This document shows positions 10,468 to 18,721 of a DNA stretch of 40,257 nt, piece by piece (position 1 is the first letter of the stretch; each line of letters begins with the position of its first letter). The stretch is from a bacterium (GTDB lineage: Bacteria; Electryoneota; RPQS01): contig JADLDM010000025.1 in NCBI GenBank assembly GCA_020846695.1, positions 1-40,257 on the forward strand. Direction: 5' to 3'. Both the position numbers and the translations under genes were made by a program. A model generated the notes under the pieces. It had not been told where the DNA came from. It made no database searches and worked only from the letters and a program-made list of their open reading frames with translations.

Positions 10468-11223
10468 CTACGGTGCGATTGTGACCCGCATTGAGTCCTG
10501 CGCAGATTGTCCACGTTCATTGAAGGTGCAGATTGTAAATACGTATTCACCACTCGGCGGTCGCGTGATGAGAAAAGAACTCAGAGAATTGTATGAGTTC
10601 CTGTCTAAAATGTCTCGCTTTTCAACTGTTCCCACGAGATACACTTCAAGTGATGGATAGTGAAGCTCTTTTAGGATTATCCCGTCATGGTTCCAAGAGG
10701 TTAGGCAGAACTCAACCATTCCCAATGTCGGGCCATAATTCGACCAGTCTGTTCCCGTAAGTATCGGCATCTGTGGAACAAACACGGAGTCACGTTCCTG
10801 ATAAACTCGATGCACCTGCCGAGGCTGGCTTGTCCATTCCGACCCGTCACCTGCCGTTACAACAACCCAAATGCTGAAGTCTGCGGCGTTTGGGTGTGTT
10901 GGCATATCAAAAGTGTTGGAAGTCGGGTAAAACGTTCCTCCGCGCTGTTGGACATTCCCATAAATGTTGTGCCACTCTTGCGCACTCACCGCACCGCCCG
11001 TGATGTTCGTGACAACGTGCATTGTCGGATTAGTCAATTCCCACTCTGAGTTGCAACTATCAGAATGCCACCCCCCCATGATTACATATTCTTGACCAGT
11101 AGAGAATTCTGTTATGAATACACCCTCTTCCGGCTCGCTGTCGTTGCTTCCTTTGTCACATGAAGTGAGCACGATGGATACCGTGCATATGACCAAAATC
11201 GTTAGGCTCGTTCCCCTCATCAC
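10468..11223 (-). CDS. Putative lipoprotein of unknown function
   Basis: Signal peptide with a lipobox-like LTSC (MMRGTSLTILVICTVSIVLTSCDKG). The rest appears beta-rich. Confidence 0.55.
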   Translation of the reverse strand: MMRGTSLTILVICTVSIVLTSCDKGSNDSEPEEGVFITEFSTGQEYVIMGGWHSDSCNSEWELTNPTMHVVTNITGGAVSAQEWHNIYGNVQQRGGTFYPTSNTFDMPTHPNAADFSIWVVVTAGDGSEWTSQPRQVHRVYQERDSVFVPQMPILTGTDWSNYGPTLGMVEFCLTSWNHDGIILKELHYPSLEVYLVGTVEKRDILDRNSYNSLSSFLITRPPSGEYVFTICTFNERGQSAQDSMRVTIAP

Positions 11224-11656
11224 TCCTCCTTGTGGTAGTATGCCACTCTTGTGATTTGCTTGCCTGGCCAGACTCTACAACTCCACCTTCTCCGCCCGAC
11301 TCCAGATGTGCTCGAATTCCTGCGTGACGGCTTGACCGTAAAGCGTGTTTGCGCCTTTCACTTCAAGCTGCAAGACCTGCGTGCCGAGTGTGTAGTGTGG
11401 AAAGAAGGCCGAGACAATCGCGGTTTCGCCGGCCATGTGCATTCGGTTTTGTTTGTAACTGCCAGCTCGGCTTTTTTGAACGTGATTGTGTGGTTCATCT
11501 GCCCCATGGCCGGAATCTTCCAAATCTGATAAATATACGGAATTTCAACCTTTTATTACAACTGCGGGCGGGCGGCCCGAGCATTGCTACTATAGTTAGT
11601 AGGGATAGCCGACATGCTGTCCATTGCACCAATAACCTCCCCGCTCAGGAGACAAG

Positions 11657-12076
11657 ATGTCCAGTTCAACCCAGCAACTTACCCGCAGCCGCACCGTCCA
11701 AATCTGGGCCGGCGCCGTCGCGGTCGTGGTTCTTATGGTTTTGGTTTCTGGACACTTACTAACCCTGAGAGATCGCACTCTGGTGGCGGCGGCGGTGCGT
11801 GGGGCAGACCAGTTCAGATTGGCACTGGCAGCTTACGAATTGGATTACGGGACTTTCCCTGCGGATTCCCTGGATTGCTCAGACGCTTTGCTGGATGAGC
11901 TTCGTGATCCCGCTGGCCGCGCCTATCTAAGGGGTGGCGATTCGCTCGAGTTTATCACCTTCAGCTATACGCCTGACGAAGACGGCCAGGGCTACACGAT
12001 TGTGATTCACGCTCGGGACAGGAACAGCACCCCGGTCGAGGCGAATCCCTACAAGACGATGGTCCGCGCAAGCTGA
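11657..12076 (+). CDS. Degenerate pilin/pseudopilin-like paralogue without the prepilin cleavage motif
   Basis: The C-terminal two-thirds align with the next gene (AYELDYGTFPA / VYEVDYGTFPA, FSYTP / FTYTP, ARDRNSTPVEANP / ATDHRSTPVTADP). The N-terminus is a plain TM anchor. An AGGAGA RBS is present. Confidence 0.55.
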   Translation: MSSSTQQLTRSRTVQIWAGAVAVVVLMVLVSGHLLTLRDRTLVAAAVRGADQFRLALAAYELDYGTFPADSLDCSDALLDELRDPAGRAYLRGGDSLEFITFSYTPDEDGQGYTIVIHARDRNSTPVEANPYKTMVRAS

Positions 12077-12081
12077 TTGCT

Positions 12082-12145
12082 TTCCGGTTCCCCTTCTCCG
12101 TTCACGGGAGCCTGTCCTGTATTGGAAAGGGGTTAGGGGATGGGG
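12082..12145 (+). repeat. ~64-bp repeat downstream of the first pilin-like gene
   Basis: TTCCGGTTCCCCTTCTCCGTTCACGGGAGCCTGTCCT...GGTTAGGGGATGGGG is near-identical to 12797-12858. Confidence 0.75.
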
Positions 12146-12299
12146 TCACTATCAAGTTGTTGCACTCTGCACACGCACTGTCTTGCGGAGTATGCGGTTT
12201 CGTTCTTTGAGCGACCAGTGATCTTGAATAAAAACAGCCGTAACGGTTGTGGCACCGCGCTTGCCTTTCCTCTGGTCAAGCAACTGAGGAAAAACGGCC

Positions 12300-12701
12300 A
12301 TGCGGAAGCAGCGCGGATTCACACTGGTTGAACTCTTGGTGGTGATTGTGGTGCTGGGAATCATCGCCCTGATCGCGATGCCGCGCTTTCTCGAGGCGCG
12401 GGATCGCGCGAGCGTAACATCCGCTGTTGCCGACGTGGATCACTTCCGCAAGGCGCTTGCGGTCTATGAAGTGGATTACGGCACATTCCCGGCAAGTAAT
12501 TTCGGCAGCGTCGCGGGGATCGCGGGAGCGCTGGTGGATCCTTCCGGCAATGACTACATGATTCTACCTGATGGACAGAACTTTACAGCTTTCACCTATA
12601 CACCCATTAACAACGGGGAGAGCTACCAAATAGAAGTGACCGCCACAGATCATAGGAGCACACCGGTAACTGCCGACCCCATGGGTACGGCGGTGCAATA
12701 A
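12300..12701 (+). CDS. Type IV pilin / type II secretion pseudopilin-like protein with a prepilin N-terminal methylation motif
   Basis: MRKQRGFTLVELLVVIVVLGIIALIA is a canonical prepilin leader plus hydrophobic helix. Confidence 0.8.
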   Translation: MRKQRGFTLVELLVVIVVLGIIALIAMPRFLEARDRASVTSAVADVDHFRKALAVYEVDYGTFPASNFGSVAGIAGALVDPSGNDYMILPDGQNFTAFTYTPINNGESYQIEVTATDHRSTPVTADPMGTAVQ

Positions 12702-12756
12702 GTCCGCAAGGGACATGTGCCGGGAAAATAGATGGCCCGGACTGTCTAAAAAGATT

Positions 12757-12787
12757 GGCGGCCCCTTTATGGGAGCCGCCATTTTTG
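12757..12787 (+). terminator. Rho-independent terminator after the pilin gene
   Basis: GGCGGCCC-CTTTAT-GGGAGCCGCC followed by ATTTTTG. Confidence 0.6.
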
Positions 12788-12796
12788 CTCTCGGGA

Positions 12797-12858
12797 TTCC
12801 GGTTCCCCTTCTCCGTTTACGGGGAGCCTGTCCTCGTAAAGAAAGGTTAGGATGGGGG
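12797..12858 (+). repeat. Second copy of the pilin-associated ~64-bp repeat
   Basis: TTCCGGTTCCCCTTCTCCGTTTACGGGGAGCCTGTCCTCGTAAAGAAAGGTTAGGATGGGGG. Confidence 0.75.
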
Positions 12859-15039
12859 TTACTTCAGATACACCGCTTTCTTCACCTCGCGCATCTCGCC
12901 CGCAACCAATTCAAACAGATAGACTCCTGCCGCGCAGTCGGAGCAGTTCCAGTTCAGATGATGGACTCCTGCGCTCGCGTTGTCGTCAAGCACCCGCGCG
13001 ACCTCTCTTCCCAAAACATCGTACACAACAAGTCGCGCACGCGAATCTTTCGCGAGTGAATACCCAATTCCGATTTCGCCATTGAAGGGATTCGGATAGA
13101 GCGTGTTCAATCCGAAGTCATGCGCAACCGGAGTTGTCGTGGCATCATCAATAATGTAGCCACGCCCCGATAGAAATACGGTGTCTGGGCTGCTCGGGGC
13201 ATCACTTGTGATGATTGCATAGCCTTGATAGGCCTGGGCCGCGCTAGGTGCAAACCCAACGACCGACGTGTGTATCTCGCCCGGTAGCAACTCGACATTA
13301 ATCCACTCGGTTCCACTGAATCCTTCTCCAATTACCATGACAGCTGGTGGAAACAACTCTGGGAATCTCAGGGTATGATTGCCTGTGTTCTGCAGTCGAA
13401 GCTGAACAGTGCTGTCTTGGCCAACCTCAACCGTGTCAAAGTCAATATTCAGGGGTGTAATTGTCAACTCGGGCGCGTTCAGCGACCGGTCAGAACGGAA
13501 ATAGGAATACTGATTTCCTGATCCGCGCACCACCATGTGTCCGTAGTTCAATCCGTCAATTGCAAACGCGGGTTCTGTTTGCGCATCAGCGTAGATTAGC
13601 TCCGCCGATGCCAGCCAGTGGTGTGTTAGATAGGTATTCCCCGTATAGAGATTTCCGCTCATTTCAAGCCACATTGAGTATGCGGTGCCGTACGTGTCGT
13701 GAGCGATCGTCGGTGCCGCGCCGCTGAGAGTGTCAAGCCCGATGTGTGAAATTGGCATCCCAAATGTCCAATCGCCTTCGGGATGTCGTTCATGACGATA
13801 CACTCCGCCAGGCATTCCCCAACCGTTACTTCCGGAACTCACCGCGTGAACCGTGCCATCACTGTACACGGCAACATCTCCCGGATAGCTTTCCGCCTCT
13901 GGAACTTGAAGTTGCGTTACCACCCAATTTGTTCCGCCCAATTCTCCATTCGTCGCGTGCTTTGCGTAATATCCGCCGAAGTCTCCGCCCCTGAACACGA
14001 CATGCGCCGCGCCCTCTTCATCTACTGCAGTTCTTGGTGACGCGCCCAATCCGAAACTTCCGATATTCGTGGGAATCGTGCCGACGATCCACTCTAATTC
14101 GTTCCACCATGCACAGCGCAGCGCATAGGATTGCCCCTGGTCTGCAACCCACACAACATAGAGCGCGCCCGAGGAATTCCCCGCAATGTCCGGCGTATGC
14201 GCGGATTCGCCTGGTGGACTGACGATGCCGTACATTCCGGAGTCGGCTGCTCCGAACCAGACTCTTCCGTTCTCTTCCCAAGTCACAAGCAAGTCAGAGC
14301 TGCCCAACTTGATGGCTATCGCTTGATCCGCGATTGTTCCGCTGCTGTCCGGATCGTTGATCAACTCACCATCCGACCACGGCTGATTAATTCCCTTTGA
14401 ATAGTACAGCACCTGATTCCCGTTATGCGTCAGTAGGTGCACTGTGCCATCTTCATCCGCCGCGAGCGATTTGTTGTTCGTGCTCGTGACAAAAGGAAGG
14501 GCCGCGGGTGTCCAGTCCATCGTTGGATGAGGTATCCAACATGGAGCATCCGTGCAGAAAATTGCATTATCAACCGTCGCCGTATCGGCAGGGTCCGTAA
14601 TGAGAGTAAGATTAAACTCGTTTGCCCCCCCCGAAATGATGAGGGTTTCCGTGCGCCAATAGCGCTCTTGGCCCGGTACACATATCCGAAGCCAATAACG
14701 CCACGGTTGTGGAGGAGGAACAGAGAATCCCCACCCGGGATCTGTAAAGAATGCTCCTGCGCCAATGCCCCCTGCTGATTCGCCGTTCATCCCGAAAGAG
14801 CAATAATTGGGTTCGGGGATGGGTGATAACTCACACGGAGGAAGGTCTGTCGAATCGGGCCCGTTTCCGTTGCCATCCCAAAAGATTTCTACCACTGTGC
14901 CGTCGGGCAGCGGGTTTCCGCCAACACATTGATCCGTCAGTGGACCTTGAGCGCCAAGGTAGGAGAAAAATACAGTAAACTGCGCATTCGATATCCCGAC
15001 ACTCCCGAGAAAGACCAAGAGCATGATGAGCTTCTTCAT
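12859..15039 (-). CDS. Large secreted protein with a T9SS (Por) C-terminal sorting domain
   Basis: Signal peptide MKKLIMLLVFLGSVGISNAQ. The C-terminus LYPNPFNGEIGIGYSL...VVYDVLGREV...AGVYLFELVAG is a typical T9SS type A tail. An internal choice-of-anchor-D-like segment is present (LNIDFDTVEVGQDSTVQLRLQNTGN). Confidence 0.8.
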   Translation of the reverse strand: MKKLIMLLVFLGSVGISNAQFTVFFSYLGAQGPLTDQCVGGNPLPDGTVVEIFWDGNGNGPDSTDLPPCELSPIPEPNYCSFGMNGESAGGIGAGAFFTDPGWGFSVPPPQPWRYWLRICVPGQERYWRTETLIISGGANEFNLTLITDPADTATVDNAIFCTDAPCWIPHPTMDWTPAALPFVTSTNNKSLAADEDGTVHLLTHNGNQVLYYSKGINQPWSDGELINDPDSSGTIADQAIAIKLGSSDLLVTWEENGRVWFGAADSGMYGIVSPPGESAHTPDIAGNSSGALYVVWVADQGQSYALRCAWWNELEWIVGTIPTNIGSFGLGASPRTAVDEEGAAHVVFRGGDFGGYYAKHATNGELGGTNWVVTQLQVPEAESYPGDVAVYSDGTVHAVSSGSNGWGMPGGVYRHERHPEGDWTFGMPISHIGLDTLSGAAPTIAHDTYGTAYSMWLEMSGNLYTGNTYLTHHWLASAELIYADAQTEPAFAIDGLNYGHMVVRGSGNQYSYFRSDRSLNAPELTITPLNIDFDTVEVGQDSTVQLRLQNTGNHTLRFPELFPPAVMVIGEGFSGTEWINVELLPGEIHTSVVGFAPSAAQAYQGYAIITSDAPSSPDTVFLSGRGYIIDDATTTPVAHDFGLNTLYPNPFNGEIGIGYSLAKDSRARLVVYDVLGREVARVLDDNASAGVHHLNWNCSDCAAGVYLFELVAGEMREVKKAVYLK

Positions 15040-15090
15040 GGCACCCTCTCCTTTGATTTTCGTTTTTCACCTCAAGAATGAACCCGACTT

Positions 15091-15489
15091 CTACGGCGCC
15101 ATCTTCACCGAAGTCTGTTCGATGTGCGGACTTTCTGACCACGCAGTGACGGTGGCAGTTGCTTTCGGCACGGCCAATCTGCGCCGCACCTCTTTTATTT
15201 CAAGATAGCAAGTATCGGTTTCGCAGGTTTTGTGTGTCCAGTGCGCGTCGAGCATCAGGCAGAGTTGTCCGACATTCACGCGTGTCGTGTCATCGCGCGA
15301 TTTCGTCGTCCAGCAGCGCGCAATCGAAGTCTGGCTGATCCATGTGTATTTCGTCTCCACTTCCACATGCAGCCACGGCACAACCTCTTCATTCCCCCTC
15401 GCTTCAGCGGGGGGGTTAGGGGGGGTCTCCTGCGCGAGAAGCGGCGTACAAAGTCCCAACATCAGTATGAATACTCTAATCATCTTCAC
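15091..15489 (-). CDS. Small secreted hypothetical protein
   Basis: Signal peptide MKMIRVFILMLGLCTPLLAQ. The gene is tightly coupled to the two upstream genes. Residues ETPPNPPAEARG are encoded by a G-run repeat element. Confidence 0.5.
   Translation of the reverse strand: MKMIRVFILMLGLCTPLLAQETPPNPPAEARGNEEVVPWLHVEVETKYTWISQTSIARCWTTKSRDDTTRVNVGQLCLMLDAHWTHKTCETDTCYLEIKEVRRRLAVPKATATVTAWSESPHIEQTSVKMAP
15394..15425 (+). repeat. CCCCCTC-N-GGGGGGGTTAGGGGGGG element (G4-capable)
   Basis: CCCCCTCGCTTCAGCGGGGGGGTTAGGGGGGG. The same architecture occurs at 39274-39306. Confidence 0.7.
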
Positions 15490-15490
15490 C

Positions 15491-15700
15491 TCACGGAGTC
15501 ATGTCTATCAAAACTCTTATCAATCCCAGCACCAGCCAAATCACAAAGAACCACAGCCAGAATCTGCCTCTGCCGTATTGGCGTTCGCCTTCATCCACGA
15601 ACACGCTGTACCGCATCTTCCACCACAGCATCGTCAGCCCGAAGCCCACAACTCCCAGCACAACAAAGATCAGCAGATTGCCTATCGTGTCGTGATCCAC
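15491..15700 (-). CDS. Small two-TM membrane protein
   Basis: 69 aa with two hydrophobic helices. Its start overlaps the M48 stop by 1 nt, and its stop lies 1 nt from the next start. Confidence 0.5.
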   Translation of the reverse strand: MDHDTIGNLLIFVVLGVVGFGLTMLWWKMRYSVFVDEGERQYGRGRFWLWFFVIWLVLGLIRVLIDMTP

Positions 15701-16479
15701 TACCTATGCTTGTTGTACTCCGCCAGTGCTTCCGGCAGCAACTCTTCAAGCTGCTTAATTCTCCGGTCGTCGGTGGGATGCGTAGATAGAAATGCCGGCA
15801 CGCTTCCGCCCGCACCCTTGTAGTCCTTGAAGCATTTCCAGAAGGCGATGGCTTCACGCGGATCATAACCTGCACGCGCCATATACATCAGGCCCATGCG
15901 GTCCGCTTCCAATTCCTGCGAGCGTGAATGCGGCAGCGCTCTTCCGAGGGTCGTTCCCGCTCCATAGGCAAGCTGTGCAAGCTGCCGCGTCTCTTCGCTC
16001 TTTTTGGACAGTGCGACATCCAGCGCAACACCACCCAATGCGGTTAAGAGCTGCTCGCTCATTCTTTCGCCGCCATGCCGCGCCGTCGCGTGCGCAACTT
16101 CATGCCCCATCACCGCCGCAAGCCCGGCTTCATTCTTGGTGATCGGAAGAATCGCGTTATAAACTCCGATCTTTCCGCTCGGCAGACAAAAAGCATTCGG
16201 CTCGTCGGACTTGAAGCAGACATATTCCCACTGCGCATTCTGAAGCCTTACCACGCTTGCAATCTTTCGCCCGACCTTCTCGACTAAAGCCTGTTGATCG
16301 GGATCATTTGTGCGCGGCGTATTTTGTTTGATCTCTTGAAATGCGGTCAGCCCGAGTTCCGCCTCCTGCGACGGCGTGACCAGCATTAGTCCCTTGCGCC
16401 CCGTCTCTGGATTTGTGTAGCATGTTACGGTCAACGCCAATACAAACAGCGGCGCGGCGAAAAGCAGAAATCTTCTCAT
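15700..16479 (-). CDS. M48 family zinc metallopeptidase (LoiP/YcaL-like)
   Basis: HEVAH zinc motif in AVMGHEVAHATARHGGERM, with an N-terminal signal/anchor. Confidence 0.85.
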   Translation of the reverse strand: MRRFLLFAAPLFVLALTVTCYTNPETGRKGLMLVTPSQEAELGLTAFQEIKQNTPRTNDPDQQALVEKVGRKIASVVRLQNAQWEYVCFKSDEPNAFCLPSGKIGVYNAILPITKNEAGLAAVMGHEVAHATARHGGERMSEQLLTALGGVALDVALSKKSEETRQLAQLAYGAGTTLGRALPHSRSQELEADRMGLMYMARAGYDPREAIAFWKCFKDYKGAGGSVPAFLSTHPTDDRRIKQLEELLPEALAEYNKHR

Positions 16480-16560
16480 AGCAATCCTTCTGTCGTTGAA
16501 TCTCTCGTTTCCAGATAGAGACGGCCGGAGGCCGCCGCTAGTAGAAATGATTTCAGGTTC

Positions 16561-16842
16561 CTATTTCACAAATATCTCTTTCACCACACCCTTGCCCACC
16601 ACCTGCTCAATTCGTGCGAGTAATTCCGGTTTCATTTGGTGGAGTGTTGCGCGCCACACGTCATGATCGCACTCGACGAGCAAGCGTCCGCGCTCGAATC
16701 CGATCACGCGGCTGTATTTCGAAATCTGCTCGCCGACTATCTCGTCCCACTTCTCTTCGATGTGGGCCTGCCGCATCCCGCGCTGATATTTCTTATCGCG
16801 CAGAACGGAATTGAGCAGTTTCTCTATGGGAGTAAATCTCAT
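16561..16842 (-). CDS. dciA: DUF721 / DciA-like protein (replicative helicase operator family)
   Basis: 93 aa. ...IEEKWDEIVGEQISKYSRVIGFERGRLLVECDHDVWRATL... is the DUF721 pattern, and the gene lies in the dnaA-dnaN-gyrB neighbourhood. Confidence 0.75.
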   Translation of the reverse strand: MRFTPIEKLLNSVLRDKKYQRGMRQAHIEEKWDEIVGEQISKYSRVIGFERGRLLVECDHDVWRATLHQMKPELLARIEQVVGKGVVKEIFVK

Positions 16843-16860
16843 CTGGAGTAATTTACTTAA

Positions 16861-17526
16861 CTAAACGCCGCTTTTCAAGCGGGTTCTCCATCTCTGTTTC
16901 CCCTTCTTCTTGAAGAGTAACACGGTTCCGATCAGCGCGGCGCCAAAGACGATAATTCCGTCCAGACTTTTGACGCGCAGTGCCTGCAAACCCTCGACAA
17001 TCCCCCACAGCATGGGCAGATAGAGCAGATATTCCGCCGGTCGGCGCTCGCTCTGTAACATGATCGCATAAAATGCCAGAAGCGCCGTCCCCGGGGAGAT
17101 TCCGATCAGCGCACCATGCCCGAAATTGTCCGCCACCCATGTGTGACCAAGTAACAGATAGATCATCAATCCGATTCCGAACAGATTGGCCGGTTCGCGG
17201 GTAATCGCGAAGCGGCAGCCCTCCCCACGAACCGACTCCAGCACGATCAGCCCCGATTGCACAAAAAACAGCGCCGCCATGCCGTATGCATAGGGCCACA
17301 TCTGCGGCCAGTAAAGCAGCCCACTGATCACGCCGGGCAGGTCCCAGAGCATCGAAAGCGCCCCGCCAATCAGCAGCGCGCCAATCCTTTCCCGCGGCCT
17401 CCAAACCATCGCCACCCATGGAATCAGCGCAATCAGGATTGCCGGCCATTGCAACCACCCGACCTCCGCCCGGCACTTCTCCAGCACAATCCGAAATCCA
17501 TCCGCCGTATAGAATAACCAGTCCAT
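16861..17526 (-). CDS. Multi-pass membrane protein of unknown function
   Basis: 221 aa with about 6 hydrophobic segments. It is preferred over the overlapping Arg/Gly-rich 207-aa frame. Confidence 0.6.
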   Translation of the reverse strand: MDWLFYTADGFRIVLEKCRAEVGWLQWPAILIALIPWVAMVWRPRERIGALLIGGALSMLWDLPGVISGLLYWPQMWPYAYGMAALFFVQSGLIVLESVRGEGCRFAITREPANLFGIGLMIYLLLGHTWVADNFGHGALIGISPGTALLAFYAIMLQSERRPAEYLLYLPMLWGIVEGLQALRVKSLDGIIVFGAALIGTVLLFKKKGKQRWRTRLKSGV

Positions 17527-17630
17527 ATGCTACTATATGTTGTACTCGCGGCGGCCTCTGGCCGTCTCAACACGAGTTTTTTCAGATAGTTGAGCGTGTC
17601 GCAAGCTCTTGACTTTCTTGCTCTTGACCC

Positions 17631-17659
17631 TTGACAATTCAATTTCCACGCCGTATATT
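17631..17659 (+). promoter_or_regulatory. Near-consensus sigma70-type promoter (TTGACA-N17-TATATT)
   Basis: TTGACA at 17631-17636, a 17-nt spacer, and TATATT at 17654-17659. Two more CTTGAC copies lie just upstream (17608-17629). Confidence 0.5.
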
Positions 17660-17665
17660 ACCTTC

Positions 17666-17741
17666 AATTCGCCTATGAGCGAAGGGAGATGTGACGCGTA
17701 GTGCCATCGCAAGGGCAGGCTGTGAAGCCTGCTTTTTGTTT
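17666..17741 (+). ncRNA. Candidate ~75-nt small RNA (orphan promoter to intrinsic terminator)
   Basis: Bounded by the promoter above and the terminator below. It contains the internal hairpin TTCGC-CTATGA-GCGAA, and the only plus-strand ORF is 8 codons long. Confidence 0.35.
17715..17741 (+). terminator. Rho-independent terminator oriented for the plus strand
   Basis: GCAGGC-TGTGAA-GCCTGC followed by TTTTTGTTT. The T-run is on the plus strand only. Confidence 0.6.
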
Positions 17742-18628
17742 CAGGTCGCATCGGGGAATATCTTGATGCCATAGCCCAACACGTTTCCGTTCTCGTCACT
17801 TGCAATCTTATGTCGTAACTTGTCCCAGAAGGCTGAAACCGCCGGTGTTTTCGCTTCTACACCATCCAGTCGTGCAACCAGTTCCGATCTGAACTCAAAC
17901 ATCGCGTTCCAATGCATTGGGTTGCAAATCATATCGGCAACCTCAAGGCCCTTTCTGCTCTCTTTCTTGGATACCACCGTTAGTTCTGCCGACTCAAGTC
18001 TTTCCTGAACTTGTCGCGCCGAGATCGTTTGGAATATTTTGCTGCCTTCGCTGTACACGCGCCGATACCACATTCCCAAACGTCTGTCTGGCTTCTCCCC
18101 GCGTGATTCAATGATGAGCTTTCCCGTGAACCTCGGAGCGCTGTCCGGATTCTCGCGGTCAAGCTTGAAGAGATGGAACAGCAATCGTTCAACATGGAAT
18201 GCGACCAAGAGATGATACGGATCATGCAGCCATGTTGAGTACGTTTTCTGCATAGTCTCTTTGTCAATCGTAAGTGAAACAAGCTGACAGGGAAGTCCTG
18301 CGAGCATATCAAGAAACTCGCTCCAGAATGTCAAGCGAGCCGAGGGAGAGAATTGGCCAAAGGTTCCGATTCCTTGGGCGAATTCCGAGTAATGCAGTGC
18401 AATGTTCGGATCGCCGAAATGTCTGGCCTTCAGCGATTCCAACCTTGGGCACAACTCAGTCCACCAATGGTCACCACGAATCAAGAATCCCGCAATAGTC
18501 AAGAAACGCTCTCGGCTACGATTGTAGATTAGCTTTGGTGAAAACGTAGCGTGGCCGAATTCATCGAGATACAGATAGTAGACTCGGCTAAGCCGCCTTA
18601 GTTGTTCATCACTGATGGTTTTCTGCAT
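17741..18628 (-). CDS. DUF3800 family protein
   Basis: N-terminal YYLYLDEFGH (the DUF3800 YxDESG-like motif) and ...ALHYSEFAQG. The start is set at MQKTISDEQ (18628). GC is lower than in dnaN on spot check. Confidence 0.7.
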   Translation of the reverse strand: MQKTISDEQLRRLSRVYYLYLDEFGHATFSPKLIYNRSRERFLTIAGFLIRGDHWWTELCPRLESLKARHFGDPNIALHYSEFAQGIGTFGQFSPSARLTFWSEFLDMLAGLPCQLVSLTIDKETMQKTYSTWLHDPYHLLVAFHVERLLFHLFKLDRENPDSAPRFTGKLIIESRGEKPDRRLGMWYRRVYSEGSKIFQTISARQVQERLESAELTVVSKKESRKGLEVADMICNPMHWNAMFEFRSELVARLDGVEAKTPAVSAFWDKLRHKIASDENGNVLGYGIKIFPDAT

Positions 18629-18721
18629 AGATGTTTCCCATACGCACAACCCCCAGCGCCGCACGCCGGGGGTTGCTATTTACCCGCCAATGTTCTCGAA
18701 CGAGTCTCTGCCGGTCTGGCT

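Noticed and set aside
11275-11523. 82-aa minus-strand ORF (and the overlapping 92-aa plus-strand ORF) upstream of the lipoprotein gene
   Set aside because: There is no recognisable family, no clear RBS, and the two overlapping candidates are equally weak. It is mentioned only as a possible member of the islet.
16853-17476. 207-aa minus-strand ORF that overlaps the membrane-protein gene
   Set aside because: It is in an alternative frame and has Gly/Arg/Ala-rich composition. The 221-aa frame has clear TM helices and fits the neighbouring genes better.
18647-18675. Hairpin CAACCCCC-N13-GGGGGTTG after dnaN as a Rho-independent terminator
   Set aside because: The stem is good but no T-run follows on either strand. 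It may be an RNA-stability hairpin, but it is not a confident terminator.
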